A DNA stretch of 64,000 bases from Candidatus Poseidoniaceae archaeon (GCA_016777125.1 JADHSC010000007.1:4323-68322), one strand, 5' to 3'; shown: positions 9,982 through 19,876, counted from the first letter of the stretch. Notes: generated by a model not told the origin, from the letters alone. Program-made: numbers and translations.

Positions 9982-11136
9982 TCAAGCAAGGATGTTTAAC
10001 ATTCGCTCAAGAGCGAGAAGTGAACCCTCTTGAACATCTTGAGTCACACTGATTTGGTTGTGAATCTCTCCATCAACCAACCGTTCTAACAAGTCCATAA
10101 GATACGCTGGATGAATCATGTACATTGTTGAGCAAGGACAAATCTCTGGATCCAGACACTCGATGTGTTTGTCAGGATGTTGGTCTGCAAGTCTAGCAAC
10201 CATGTTAATCTCAGTTCCAATAGCCACCTTGGCTCCTTCTTCTAGATCTGCTACGTAGTTCAAAATGTATTGAGTTGACCCGTTGGCATCAGAAACTTCA
10301 ACGGTTTCTTTTGGGCATTCTGGATGGACAACTACAACACCATCAGGATGACGTTGGCGGAAATCTGCAATTTGAGATGGCTTGAATCGCTTATGGACTG
10401 AACAGAATCCATGCCATAGGATAATTCGAGCCATTGAAAGATCTGAACTTGCACCAATTCCTGGCGTCCATGTAGGCATTTGAGATTCTTCGATACCCAT
10501 TGAAATCCCGGTGTTTCGGCCAAGATGTTGGTCGGGGAAAAACAGAACCGCTCCCTTCGGACCTGCGCGTTCAAACGCCCATTCCAACACCCCAGTTGCG
10601 TTTGATGAAGTGCATACTACGCCACCATGGCGGCCAACAAAATCCTTCAAGTCTGCACTGCTGTTCATGTAGGTTACAGGAACGAGATATGATTCACCTT
10701 CTTCTGCAACGGATGCAGGATTGTCTCGGTGTATTGGGTCTTTCAAATCTGTAGAGGAAAGCATTTCATCCCACGCTTGTTCAACATCAACAAGTGTTGC
10801 CATGTCAGCCATAGAGCAACCAGCCCGTATGTTTGGAAGCATGACGACTTGATCAGGTGATGTCAGTATATCTGCAGACTCTGCCATGAAGTGGACGCCA
10901 CAGAAAATGATGTACTTTGCATCTGAATTTGCTGCTTTTTGACTTAGCATGAAGGAATCTCCAAGGAAATCAGCATGCATAACGATGCTGTCTCGTTGGT
11001 AATGATGTCCAAGAATTAACAAGTCCTCGCCCAACTCTTTCTTCAGTTCAGCAATCCGTTCAGCAATGGCTTGATCTTCAGGAGACATCGAGGTTGAAGA
11101 GAAGTCAACCGCGCACATAGCCAATGATATCGACAT
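9982..11136 (-). CDS. nadA: Quinolinate synthase A
   Basis: ILGHHYQR, IFCGVHFMAESA, AGCSMADM, VTYMNSSA, HGFCSVH, HPEC, GTEINM, CSTMY. Start at 11136 after SD GAGGTTGA. Confidence 0.92.
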   Translation of the reverse strand: MSISLAMCAVDFSSTSMSPEDQAIAERIAELKKELGEDLLILGHHYQRDSIVMHADFLGDSFMLSQKAANSDAKYIIFCGVHFMAESADILTSPDQVVMLPNIRAGCSMADMATLVDVEQAWDEMLSSTDLKDPIHRDNPASVAEEGESYLVPVTYMNSSADLKDFVGRHGGVVCTSSNATGVLEWAFERAGPKGAVLFFPDQHLGRNTGISMGIEESQMPTWTPGIGASSDLSMARIILWHGFCSVHKRFKPSQIADFRQRHPDGVVVVHPECPKETVEVSDANGSTQYILNYVADLEEGAKVAIGTEINMVARLADQHPDKHIECLDPEICPCSTMYMIHPAYLMDLLERLVDGEIHNQISVTQDVQEGSLLALERMLNILA

Positions 11137-11221
11137 GGTATTCAACCTCTCCACTGCGCTGACTGATTTGAACCCTATGCAAACGTTGAACTTATCATAA
11201 CGAGCGGTTTCGGACAGAATA

Positions 11222-11905
11222 ATGGTCTTCATTGACGAACAACGACTTCACCTCGGAGCAGAGGCAGAAGTATGGCGAGGTTCATGGATGGGCCAATCGG
11301 CAATTCGTAAACAACGACGAAATCGCTCTTGGAGACATCCTGATCTCGACGATCGACTCGGACGAAGAAGAATGATCGCTGAAGCAAGATTGTTGGTTCG
11401 ATTGTACCGTAATGGATTGAATGTACCCCTACTGCTTGATTGTGATATGTTTGAACAACAATTGGTCATGAGTCATGTCCAGGGTAAACCGTTGATCGAA
11501 ATCCTCAATGACCCCTCAATACCAGATGATTCGGTCATGAACATTTTGAAAAATACGGGTCAGAGTATTCGTATGCTTCACCGACAAGCTGTTATTCATG
11601 GCGATTTATCGACAAATAACATCATTGTCACACCTGAAAACGAAGCGGTACTCATTGATTTTGGACTCGCTCGAATTGAATATGAAACTGAATTATTCGG
11701 TATAGACCTTCACGTTCTTTTTGAAATTCTTGGTGCATCCCATCCGCATAGAAAGGATGCTATTGATGCTATTATCGAAGGCTATGCTGCATGTGAAGAC
11801 ATTCATGGTCCAGCAGAAAACACACCCGGTGGTCAGCCTGTCGGTATGCAAGATGTGCTCGATCGTTTCAACCTCATTCGGACTCGTGTCCGATATCATG
11901 GTTGA
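11222..11905 (+). CDS. bud32: KEOPS complex kinase Bud32 (stand-alone)
   Basis: GAEAEV, RNRSWRHPDLD..L...R...EAR, HGDLSTNN, LIDFGL, DLHVL. Confidence 0.88.
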   Translation: MVFIDEQRLHLGAEAEVWRGSWMGQSAIRKQRRNRSWRHPDLDDRLGRRRMIAEARLLVRLYRNGLNVPLLLDCDMFEQQLVMSHVQGKPLIEILNDPSIPDDSVMNILKNTGQSIRMLHRQAVIHGDLSTNNIIVTPENEAVLIDFGLARIEYETELFGIDLHVLFEILGASHPHRKDAIDAIIEGYAACEDIHGPAENTPGGQPVGMQDVLDRFNLIRTRVRYHG

Positions 11906-13970
11906 GGAGTTCTTTCTTGTCTTCATCTTGACGCTGAATGATGAAAATGAATGTCAATACAATAAGGACCATTACAGCAAATTGGAGAACAACACTGGAA
12001 TATTTAGCGAGTTCAGTACCACGAGTTAGCACCTTCACAACGAGTTCGCCATCATCTCCTTCTTCAAGATAAACGATACCTTCTTCCACCACAATTGGTG
12101 CATATTGATTGACGCTGTCCGAAGTCAACTGTTCACTAATCTTCGTTTCGAGATTGTATTGGTGTATTTCCCAATCAAGGTATTGGTCGAGAAGATTCGT
12201 CGGATCGAGATGGTCTCGTCCTTCCCAAACAAGATATTCATAGCCCATTGAAATATTGTTAATTGGGAATTTCGCATCGAATGGCATCGATTGTTGGACC
12301 GTTCCACGATCGTAGAGAACAAGCCGATATATTGCAGATACATTGACGATTGTAGCGATGTAGTTTTCATTGAACGCTATGTCAGTAATCGTAGCATTTT
12401 GATAATCAACAATCAATCCCCATTCTTCCAACTTCAGGTCTTGTTCCTCACTTGATGTTGCGTTCATGAAGATGTTTTGCGTACCAGAGATTCCAATCGT
12501 CCCTATGTGAACAGTTGAAGGCATTTCCTTCGAAATCATCACAAGTTCGTTCCCTTGAACTGAAATCATCTCGATGGTTTGACCCGCTGGAAGCATGGGC
12601 AGAACGATGTCTTGGCCTTTGGTATTAACAGCTTGAATTTGGTCATTTGAAGTGTAGATAATGACAGGTTCGCCTTGTAACTCGGTCAATTCCAATCCAT
12701 TCACTCCTGTTTGATTTATGACAAGTAGTGGTTGATTCGGTTTGTTTAGATCCACAAGCATAATCTCTGATTTATTCGCCATAACCAAGTAATTCTCTTT
12801 CAAGGCATACAACGAATCAACATCCATTGTTGGTTGGAGAACAACGATAGCATCATCAGAGGTTGATGAGAGATTGTGAACAAGAACAATGGCAACACCT
12901 GATTGATTGTCGAGTGTTGCAAGCCACCCATCAGAAGCGACTGCTCCTTGAGCAGATTGTACACCCTCTGCTGGTAAATCCTTATTCGTAAGATCCCATG
13001 TAATCACTCCAGCAGTAAGAATGAGAACAATCACAATCATTGCCCCTGTTTCCTTACTTGTTGGTTTTAACAACTTGAGAGTGAATTTTTTGCTACGGTT
13101 AAATACGAATTGGAGTGAATGAATTGGACGTGTTAGAATCGTTGCAAGACGGCTGTTGATGGTTCGTTCATCCAGAACATTCCAAACAGCCGTATTGGAT
13201 TTATCAACCATTTTCACGGTCAAAGCACCGATCATCATTCCGCCTATGATATCGGAGAACCAGTGGATACCAAGGTAAATGATAGCAAATGCAGTCACGA
13301 TGATGTAGATCAGCGTCATGTTTTGGAAGCGCTTCCAGCGACCATCATGATCGTGCTTCCTAAAGGTAAGCCAAATTGAGAATGGTACAGCGATATGGAG
13401 AGAAGGCATGCCGTTTGTAAATGCGTCAATCCTTCTGAACCATGTTTCAATCTCGGGATTTAGAGTGTATGCAATAGCATCCATATCCTCGATGTAAAAC
13501 CCAGTTACTCGAACGTTGAAGAACAGATAGAATGGAATGGCTAAAATGTATACCCATGCGATGCAAAGAGCAATTCTATCTGCCATCCATCGGTCATCGA
13601 AGTAAGCCACGTAGAAGATAGAAGAATACGTGACGAACATAAATCCAGAGATGTAAAAATGGGTCATGACGCTATCAAGCCAATCTGCTCGGAATGTTTC
13701 CTGAACCCATACGACAAGATCGCCCTCAATTGCGTAGATATAGGGTGTCATATCGATTCCAGTTCGAGCCATGAAGATTCGATCAATTTGGTCAAGGAAA
13801 TCCTTGGCATTGTAGATTGAGAGTGCGAGAAGAAGATGCAACCAGTAACGGCGAATGAAATCAACAAAACCTTTCAACGTCATGTTTGCCCATGGTGGCT
13901 TAAAGTAAGGCATTGCAAAGATACCAACTGCCAATGCGCTGATGAGCCAGGTAAGATAGACACCATCCAT
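11874..13970 (-). CDS. PAP2/Aur1 (IPC-synthase-like) phosphatase/phosphotransferase fused to a large extracellular beta-propeller-like domain with a C-terminal TM
   Basis: NGMPSLH and YLGIHWFSD motifs in a multi-TM N-terminal half; about 330-aa beta-rich domain with TolB-like LTSDSVNQYAP; terminal TM plus charged tail. Confidence 0.75.
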   Translation of the reverse strand: MDGVYLTWLISALAVGIFAMPYFKPPWANMTLKGFVDFIRRYWLHLLLALSIYNAKDFLDQIDRIFMARTGIDMTPYIYAIEGDLVVWVQETFRADWLDSVMTHFYISGFMFVTYSSIFYVAYFDDRWMADRIALCIAWVYILAIPFYLFFNVRVTGFYIEDMDAIAYTLNPEIETWFRRIDAFTNGMPSLHIAVPFSIWLTFRKHDHDGRWKRFQNMTLIYIIVTAFAIIYLGIHWFSDIIGGMMIGALTVKMVDKSNTAVWNVLDERTINSRLATILTRPIHSLQFVFNRSKKFTLKLLKPTSKETGAMIVIVLILTAGVITWDLTNKDLPAEGVQSAQGAVASDGWLATLDNQSGVAIVLVHNLSSTSDDAIVVLQPTMDVDSLYALKENYLVMANKSEIMLVDLNKPNQPLLVINQTGVNGLELTELQGEPVIIYTSNDQIQAVNTKGQDIVLPMLPAGQTIEMISVQGNELVMISKEMPSTVHIGTIGISGTQNIFMNATSSEEQDLKLEEWGLIVDYQNATITDIAFNENYIATIVNVSAIYRLVLYDRGTVQQSMPFDAKFPINNISMGYEYLVWEGRDHLDPTNLLDQYLDWEIHQYNLETKISEQLTSDSVNQYAPIVVEEGIVYLEEGDDGELVVKVLTRGTELAKYSSVVLQFAVMVLIVLTFIFIIQRQDEDKKELLNHDIGHESE

Positions 13971-14047
13971 GAGTAGACCTCCTTGTTCATGCGCTGCAGC
14001 CTTGCATTCAAGAAACCTGCACCTGCTTAAGGCTCAGAAAGGGCGAA

Positions 14048-14401
14048 TCACCATGCTCCGTGAACATAAGGGCGTCCACGATCGGGATCATTTCGATGGG
14101 CGAGGTCCCAGATTCTCTCAAATCGATAGATACCGCTCGAACATCCAGTAGCCCATTCAAACGAGAGTGCATAATTCCCTACTGTTTGGACCATTGGCTT
14201 TTGTTTAGGGTACGCTTCGACTGTACGGCGTAATTGCATACTCATTTCATCTTCGTTGCGAAGAGGAGAACATTTTGCACAAGGACAGGCATGTCGAAGG
14301 TCATCGTATGTTACAACAAAGCTTGTTCCATCCTCATAGGTGAGTTCCATATCAGTATCTCTGCGTTCAAGTTTACGCAATTCGAGAATTTCTTCAGCCA
14401 T
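14048..14401 (-). CDS. DUF971 (GBBH N-terminal-like) small metal-binding protein
   Basis: LRHACPCAKC, VGNYAL.F.W..GCSSGIY pattern. Confidence 0.82.
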   Translation of the reverse strand: MAEEILELRKLERRDTDMELTYEDGTSFVVTYDDLRHACPCAKCSPLRNEDEMSMQLRRTVEAYPKQKPMVQTVGNYALSFEWATGCSSGIYRFERIWDLAHRNDPDRGRPYVHGAW

Positions 14402-14410
14402 AGTATCACA

Positions 14411-15427
14411 TCAAATGATTTCCAAACTCGAACCTGAGCCCTGTGCTAATTGTGATTGTACCGAGGATACGACCTTGGCAAATGCAATTGCAGAAGCGCC
14501 ATCAGGTTCGCTAACGATACGATGAACACCATCGTCTCCACCTCGGACAAAGCCCGGATCAAACGGAAGGGCACCTAGGAAAGGTACGCCGAATTCTTCC
14601 GCAGTAGAACGTCCACCGCCTTCTTTGAAAATGTCCAATGTGATATTGAATTTACCTTCTTCATCACAAACTGCACTAAGAGTTCGTCCTGCTGGAGCAG
14701 CGATTTCGACGGTTGACCCTGGTGTTCCTTTGCCGTGAATTGTGTAGCCACTCATGTTCTCAACAACTCCCAAAACAGGAACTTTCAGAGAAGAAGCAAA
14801 TGAGATCGACTTTCTGCTGTCGAGTAATGCCACGTCTTGAGGTGTTGTAACGATGACCATTCCATCGATGTCTGGAAGTGATTGTGCTACAGTCAATGGC
14901 TCATCAGATGTGCCTGGAGGGAAATCAATGATCAGATAATCAAGTTCGCCCCATTCAACATCGCCAATGAATTGTTGAATTGCTCCAAGTTTAATTGGAC
15001 CTCTCCAAACAACGGGAGTGTCTTCGTCTTCGAGGAGGAACGCCATAGAGATGACCTTGACTCCAAGATGGCCTTGTGCGGGGTGAATGCGTCCACCTTC
15101 AACGTGAAGTTTTCGACCATCAAGGCCCATCATCTTCGGTACGTTCGGGCCGGTGATATCGATGTCCAAGATTCCTACTTTGTGGCCTTGTTGTGCAAGA
15201 GCAACTGCAAGTCCTGTTGATACTGTTGACTTTCCAACGCCACCTTTTCCAGAGAGCACCATAATTTTGTGCTTGATTTTCCTTCCGATTTCAGCCATTG
15301 ACATCTTACGCTTCATTTGAGCATAAGCCTGTTCCATTTGCTTTTGTTGAGCAGGATCAGCAGCACTTGGGGCTTCGTCTGCGGGTTCATTTCCAGGAGT
15401 ATGCATAGACACGGGGGAATCCGACAT
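14411..15427 (-). CDS. mrp: Mrp/ApbC/NBP35 family P-loop ATPase with an atypical C-terminal loop
   Basis: SGKGGVGKS, LDIDITGPNVP, VWRGP, DYLIIDFPPGTSD, VTTPQDVA..D, GVVENMS. Start MSDSPV at 15427. Confidence 0.9.
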   Translation of the reverse strand: MSDSPVSMHTPGNEPADEAPSAADPAQQKQMEQAYAQMKRKMSMAEIGRKIKHKIMVLSGKGGVGKSTVSTGLAVALAQQGHKVGILDIDITGPNVPKMMGLDGRKLHVEGGRIHPAQGHLGVKVISMAFLLEDEDTPVVWRGPIKLGAIQQFIGDVEWGELDYLIIDFPPGTSDEPLTVAQSLPDIDGMVIVTTPQDVALLDSRKSISFASSLKVPVLGVVENMSGYTIHGKGTPGSTVEIAAPAGRTLSAVCDEEGKFNITLDIFKEGGGRSTAEEFGVPFLGALPFDPGFVRGGDDGVHRIVSEPDGASAIAFAKVVSSVQSQLAQGSGSSLEII

Positions 15428-15453
15428 AGTGTAGAGCAGATGGGTGGGCTTTT

Positions 15454-15852
15454 TCAAATCACGCTTTTGCTTTGCAGACCATAGCGAAGGAGGAAATGGG
15501 TGACGATTGCCACCAGTGGGAAAACCAGAATCATTGGATTCCATTGCATACCAGCGTACGCCCAACCCAATCCAACTGAAAGTGGAAGGGAAATGAGCGC
15601 CCCAATTTGGAAAGCATCTCTACGAATGGATTGATCCGAATGGATGAGAAAGAAGAGAAACGTCCCACCAAGAAAAAAAGTCTGGATTGTGATCATAGTC
15701 GCTATACTACGAAAGAGAACATCTGCATCGTTGGCCGCAGCAAGGATATGGGCGATGAAAAGAGTTGCATAAAGACCAGCAGAGAAAAGAACCGCTCGGC
15801 GCACTTCTGGCTGCATAGTCCACACTACAAAGCCGAAGTTCAAGAGACTCAC
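15454..15852 (-). CDS. Hypothetical 4-TM membrane protein
   Basis: 132-aa hydrophobic ORF, co-oriented with and 26 nt upstream of mrp. Confidence 0.65.
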   Translation of the reverse strand: MSLLNFGFVVWTMQPEVRRAVLFSAGLYATLFIAHILAAANDADVLFRSIATMITIQTFFLGGTFLFFLIHSDQSIRRDAFQIGALISLPLSVGLGWAYAGMQWNPMILVFPLVAIVTHFLLRYGLQSKSVI

Positions 15853-15893
15853 TATTGAGAAGAGTTCAATATTGATGGGCTATTTCCCAAAAC

Positions 15894-16253
15894 ATGCGTC
15901 TCTTATTCGTCTGCGTGGGGAATTCATGCCGTTCGCAAATGGCTGAAGGTATAGCTCGGCAACTCGGTCATGAGGCTGCAAGTGCAGGAACACACCCTGC
16001 TGACCAAGTTTCTACGCACGCCCTTACGATTCTTGCATCGAAAGGAATTGATACCAGTACGCTCAAACCTAAATCTGTTGATTTATTCAGTGCAGATGAT
16101 TTCGACATGGTCATTTCGATGGGCTGTGGCGTATCATGTCCTGTAATGAGAATTGATCAAGATTGGGAACTGGAAGACCCTGTTGGTCAATCGCTCTCAG
16201 TGTTTGAAGAGACTGCAAAAGAAATAGAGAGACGCTTGAAGTTGCTTGAATAA
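15894..16253 (+). CDS. arsC: Arsenate reductase ArsC (LMW-PTP fold, thioredoxin type)
   Basis: P-loop CVGNSCRSQMAEG, SAGT.P, distal Cys pair MGCGVSCP, W..EDP. Confidence 0.85.
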   Translation: MRLLFVCVGNSCRSQMAEGIARQLGHEAASAGTHPADQVSTHALTILASKGIDTSTLKPKSVDLFSADDFDMVISMGCGVSCPVMRIDQDWELEDPVGQSLSVFEETAKEIERRLKLLE

Positions 16254-16574
16254 TTACTCTTCTTCAACGACCATATCGCCTTCACCAAGAATGTCAATAG
16301 CGATACTGCTAACAGTTTTCATTCGATCATCATCGCCTTTTAATTCAACTGAAGATGTTTCAATGGAATCGATCGTGATCGAAAGGGGTAGGCTAGATGC
16401 GGTGATTCCATGTCGTCTGCGGCATATTTCGGCAACATCAACAGCTCGACTAATCGCAGAACCACGGGCTTGAAGTCTGATGTGGCGATGCCCTTCGTCC
16501 ATTGCCATAACCACTGCCTTGACATAGGCATAGGATGGTTTCTTGCCCACGAATACAACACGAGGTTCTGACAT
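16254..16574 (-). CDS. albA: Alba DNA/RNA-binding protein
   Basis: VFVGKKP..YV, I.L.ARG.AISRAVDVAE, C-terminal VSSI.I. Confidence 0.88.
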   Translation of the reverse strand: MSEPRVVFVGKKPSYAYVKAVVMAMDEGHRHIRLQARGSAISRAVDVAEICRRRHGITASSLPLSITIDSIETSSVELKGDDDRMKTVSSIAIDILGEGDMVVEEE

Positions 16575-16622
16575 GTTTAATCGAACGAACCACGACTATG
16601 TAAAATCTGTTCAATCTAATTT

Positions 16623-16697
16623 TGGTGCGAGCGCCGGGACTCGAACCCGGGTTCAAGCGTTGGCAACGCTCGGTGATAACCACTACACTACGCTCGC
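16623..16697 (-). tRNA. tRNA-Gly(GCC), CCA encoded, no intron
   Basis: Reverse complement GCGAGCG TAGTGTAGTGGTTATCACC GAGCG TTGCCAA CGCTT GAA CCCGG GTTCGAGT CCCGG CGCTCGC A CCA folds as a cloverleaf with anticodon GCC; TTTATA box upstream. Confidence 0.97.
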
Positions 16698-16770
16698 AGG
16701 CAGTAACCAACCCACTAAGCGGGGGTATAAACGATTGTCGGCGGAATCCGATGCTCAAACAAATCGAAGA

Positions 16771-19700
16771 TTATTGGAACCCGAATCTGTCCTGACCTTT
16801 CTCTGGAGGATTGCGTTGCCGAATCATCACAAACGCAGCCGCACCAAGTGCCACTATAGCCACAATTATTGCAATAAATGTAATCGATAACCCATCTCCA
16901 TCACCGAGCAGGTTATCATCATCAGCCTCTGAAACAATCACATCAAAGGATGTTGGCGGGGTAGCCTCACCGTATGAATCAGAAGCCTGTATCTTGATTT
17001 CGTGGAAACTGAGTGGAGTGGATGATCTTACAGAAGCTGCTGCTGTGTAAATTCCATCACCTGCAACACGGTCAAGACCTTGGCCATTATCGTACAACGT
17101 GACCCATTTTTGAGTTTGACTGATGGGTTTTAGAATCCCTAAATCTGCTCGAACAAGAAGGATTCCATCGGCATCTTCTACATTGATTTCGATAGCCTGC
17201 TCTGTGTTTAGATCCTCTCTGATGAGGGCTTCAGTTGTGGCGAGTGAAATCGTAGGCGGTGTATTTTCAACCGTAACGGCCAAGTCTAAATCCGTTGAAC
17301 TCGGTTGGAAATGATGCTCTGAGGCCTGCGTTTTACTCACGAGTATTGTCGCCCCAAGTTCATCCGTAAGTCGAACACTGATGGAACGCACGCCTGGAGC
17401 CATCCCGTAAGGGAGAATCAATTCACACATCCAAAGATCCATCTTCTGACAAGGGATTTCCTCTCCACCGTAAACACGTAAATCAACACCGACAGATGCC
17501 ACACCGTGGTAATCAAGTGCCTCGATGGTCATCAATGTCGCTCCACCGCGAATGACTTCGTTTGGTGAAATTGTCGCACTGAGAATTCGAGGTGCTTGAT
17601 TTTCCACAGTAATGGTGGTCGAAAGTGAATCGCTTTCGAACCATTCATCCGTAGCTTGGGCAGTGATGTTTATTTCACCCACCTGCAAACCATTGACCGA
17701 AACCATCGTTGTCCATTTGTTATCTCCAATTGTTTGGTCCCCGTTAAGACCTCGATCATTCATGTTGACGATACCAAGCCCGAGTGATGAAAGGTCGACT
17801 GTTACGCTGGCAACGTTCCAATCATCATCATCGATTGTAGCAACAAGATGTGCTGGCGAGCCACCTTCTCCAAAGACCAATCCTTCTGAGAGCGAAAGAT
17901 CGGTCACAATTGGAGCTGAATTATCATCAGCGGAAACGATACTTGGTGAAAGGATGACATCCACTGCTTGAGATTCATTGAGGAAAGCGATTTCGTCATC
18001 CTCACCAAAGGCGATTTCAAAGGAACGCGAAGTGCTTGCAAGAAGTCCTGAAAGCGGACCCTGATGGACGATTGAACCAGAAGCAGTACCCGATACACCA
18101 TCGCTGTAAACACCAGTCCATTGAACGACACTGAGGTTCTTTGCATCTCTCGGCTCAACCGCTTCATTGCCTGCAGTGATTGTTAGAACGATTCCATCTT
18201 GTTCGAGCAAGCGAACCACATCGCCCGTATGAATAGGAATCGGAGCTAGGCCCGCTTCTCGTCCAACAGAAATATTGCCTAAGGCATTCTCTGCTTCTGG
18301 AGGAGTTGCATCTGTTTCGATTGGACTTCGCTCAGGACGTTCATCTCCACTTGATGGGTCGGGGCCAGTCTCAGTCCAAACAAGACGAACAGTTCGGTTT
18401 TCCCAATCCGAATGAGTTGCTTGATAGATGTAGGAATCATTGTAATAAGCACCTGCTCCAGAACCACCAAAGAAGTTACTTCCACCAATGCCTGTGACGT
18501 TAAACCAAACTTCATTGTGAATGACGTTAACATCGTGAAGAACCATTGTTTGGTTCATCTGTGTGCCTGTTTGTTCAATCGATTGAACCACTCCAAATGT
18601 TCCTTGAACATCTCCTGAAAGTGTTCCATCAACATGCAAGTCGTCGATGTAGGTGATACCATCAACGACCTTTGTATTGAAATTGTAAACCGAACCATTT
18701 ACGATCATCGTTGCATTTTCATCCTCATCCTCAAATCCAAAGGTTCCATCTCCTTGAAGATGCTCAAGATGTTCAACTCGCACGCCGTTTTCCCATCGCT
18801 CGAGTGTCTCGAACTGATTGAGGTCAAGATCCAATCGAGTTCCTTCATCTACGAGAACAAAGTTTGCTGTTGCTTCGATTTGAGTGTGCTGTAACACACG
18901 TACACCATCGATATCGTTTGTTTCAAGCAATAAGAGACTGATATCTCCATCGACATCCAAACTCCCATCTTCACCTTCGCCTTCAACCATCAAAGACCCA
19001 AAGGCTTCGAGTCGAAGTCGTTCAGACACAATGTTATCGAGATTTGAGCGATTGAGGAGAGCATCAACCACCGTTGCATTAATCGTGGAAATTACGCCAT
19101 CATCGTTGGTTTGGAGGAGAATACCACCGCTGCCGCGTGCTTCGATAACTTGAGAGGTTAACGCCCCTGATACCACTGTTTCATTTTTCCAAAAGGATTC
19201 GAAATTCAAATCTAATACCGTTGTCGAATTATCGGTTATTTCGGTTGTTTGAAGGGTCCCGTTTCCAAGTTCATAGGACTGAAGTACCTCATTGATTCGT
19301 TGTTGCCAACCATTGCCTTCAAACAATAAAACGAATGTTTGGTTTCCTTCTTCGGTTTCATAATTTTGTTCCAAGGACCAAGATGAAGTTGTTGTCACTT
19401 CGTGATCTGCCATCGGTTGATTCCATGAACCGACAACAAAGGTTCGTTGTTCGTTCACAGAAGTCGAAAGAGCAACACCATTGTGACCATTGATGGTCAC
19501 TGAAACAGTGATCGAATCGTTCCACGCTACAACTGAATCGAGGACAATTCGAGCGGTTAATGTCGAGGTTTGATCGAGAAATGTCGTTTGAACTGATGGT
19601 GCTAAATCGTTGCCTGCGCGTAGATGAGATACGCTTACATCGTAATCATGCGACGAAGAATCTCCAAATGTCAAAACATATGCATGCTCATTGGAAAGAG

Positions 19701-19821
19701 AAGATGTGCTTGTCCAATCAGTGGTTATTGATACACTGGGTGTATCTTCCGCTGATGCGAGATATGTAAGCGGAGTAAGGAGGAGAAGAAGAGTGATGGC
19801 CGATGCACGAATCAATCCCAT
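16771..19821 (-). CDS. Large secreted, C-terminally anchored cell-surface protein (beta-repeat region, Ig-like and choice-of-anchor-X-like domains)
   Basis: Signal peptide (ITLLLLLTPLTYLASA); two motifs of the type LYDNG...D..AGDGIYTA / MNDRG..GD...GDNKWT; C-terminal TM plus basic tail. Confidence 0.8.
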   Translation of the reverse strand: MGLIRASAITLLLLLTPLTYLASAEDTPSVSITTDWTSTSSLSNEHAYVLTFGDSSSHDYDVSVSHLRAGNDLAPSVQTTFLDQTSTLTARIVLDSVVAWNDSITVSVTINGHNGVALSTSVNEQRTFVVGSWNQPMADHEVTTTSSWSLEQNYETEEGNQTFVLLFEGNGWQQRINEVLQSYELGNGTLQTTEITDNSTTVLDLNFESFWKNETVVSGALTSQVIEARGSGGILLQTNDDGVISTINATVVDALLNRSNLDNIVSERLRLEAFGSLMVEGEGEDGSLDVDGDISLLLLETNDIDGVRVLQHTQIEATANFVLVDEGTRLDLDLNQFETLERWENGVRVEHLEHLQGDGTFGFEDEDENATMIVNGSVYNFNTKVVDGITYIDDLHVDGTLSGDVQGTFGVVQSIEQTGTQMNQTMVLHDVNVIHNEVWFNVTGIGGSNFFGGSGAGAYYNDSYIYQATHSDWENRTVRLVWTETGPDPSSGDERPERSPIETDATPPEAENALGNISVGREAGLAPIPIHTGDVVRLLEQDGIVLTITAGNEAVEPRDAKNLSVVQWTGVYSDGVSGTASGSIVHQGPLSGLLASTSRSFEIAFGEDDEIAFLNESQAVDVILSPSIVSADDNSAPIVTDLSLSEGLVFGEGGSPAHLVATIDDDDWNVASVTVDLSSLGLGIVNMNDRGLNGDQTIGDNKWTTMVSVNGLQVGEINITAQATDEWFESDSLSTTITVENQAPRILSATISPNEVIRGGATLMTIEALDYHGVASVGVDLRVYGGEEIPCQKMDLWMCELILPYGMAPGVRSISVRLTDELGATILVSKTQASEHHFQPSSTDLDLAVTVENTPPTISLATTEALIREDLNTEQAIEINVEDADGILLVRADLGILKPISQTQKWVTLYDNGQGLDRVAGDGIYTAAASVRSSTPLSFHEIKIQASDSYGEATPPTSFDVIVSEADDDNLLGDGDGLSITFIAIIVAIVALGAAAFVMIRQRNPPEKGQDRFGFQ

Positions 19822-19876
19822 GTGTCATCCATGAGTCCACTCCTCTCTAAGGGTGTTGCTCTAATGCTTGTCTAAG

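Noticed and set aside
15866-15875. TCAATATTGA palindrome as an ArsR operator for arsC
   Set aside because: Short, AT-rich, overlaps a likely TATA region, and no arsR in the window
16575-16770. tRNA-Gly as an integration site
   Set aside because: No integrase, no duplicated tRNA 3' end seen, and the flanking genes look like core genes
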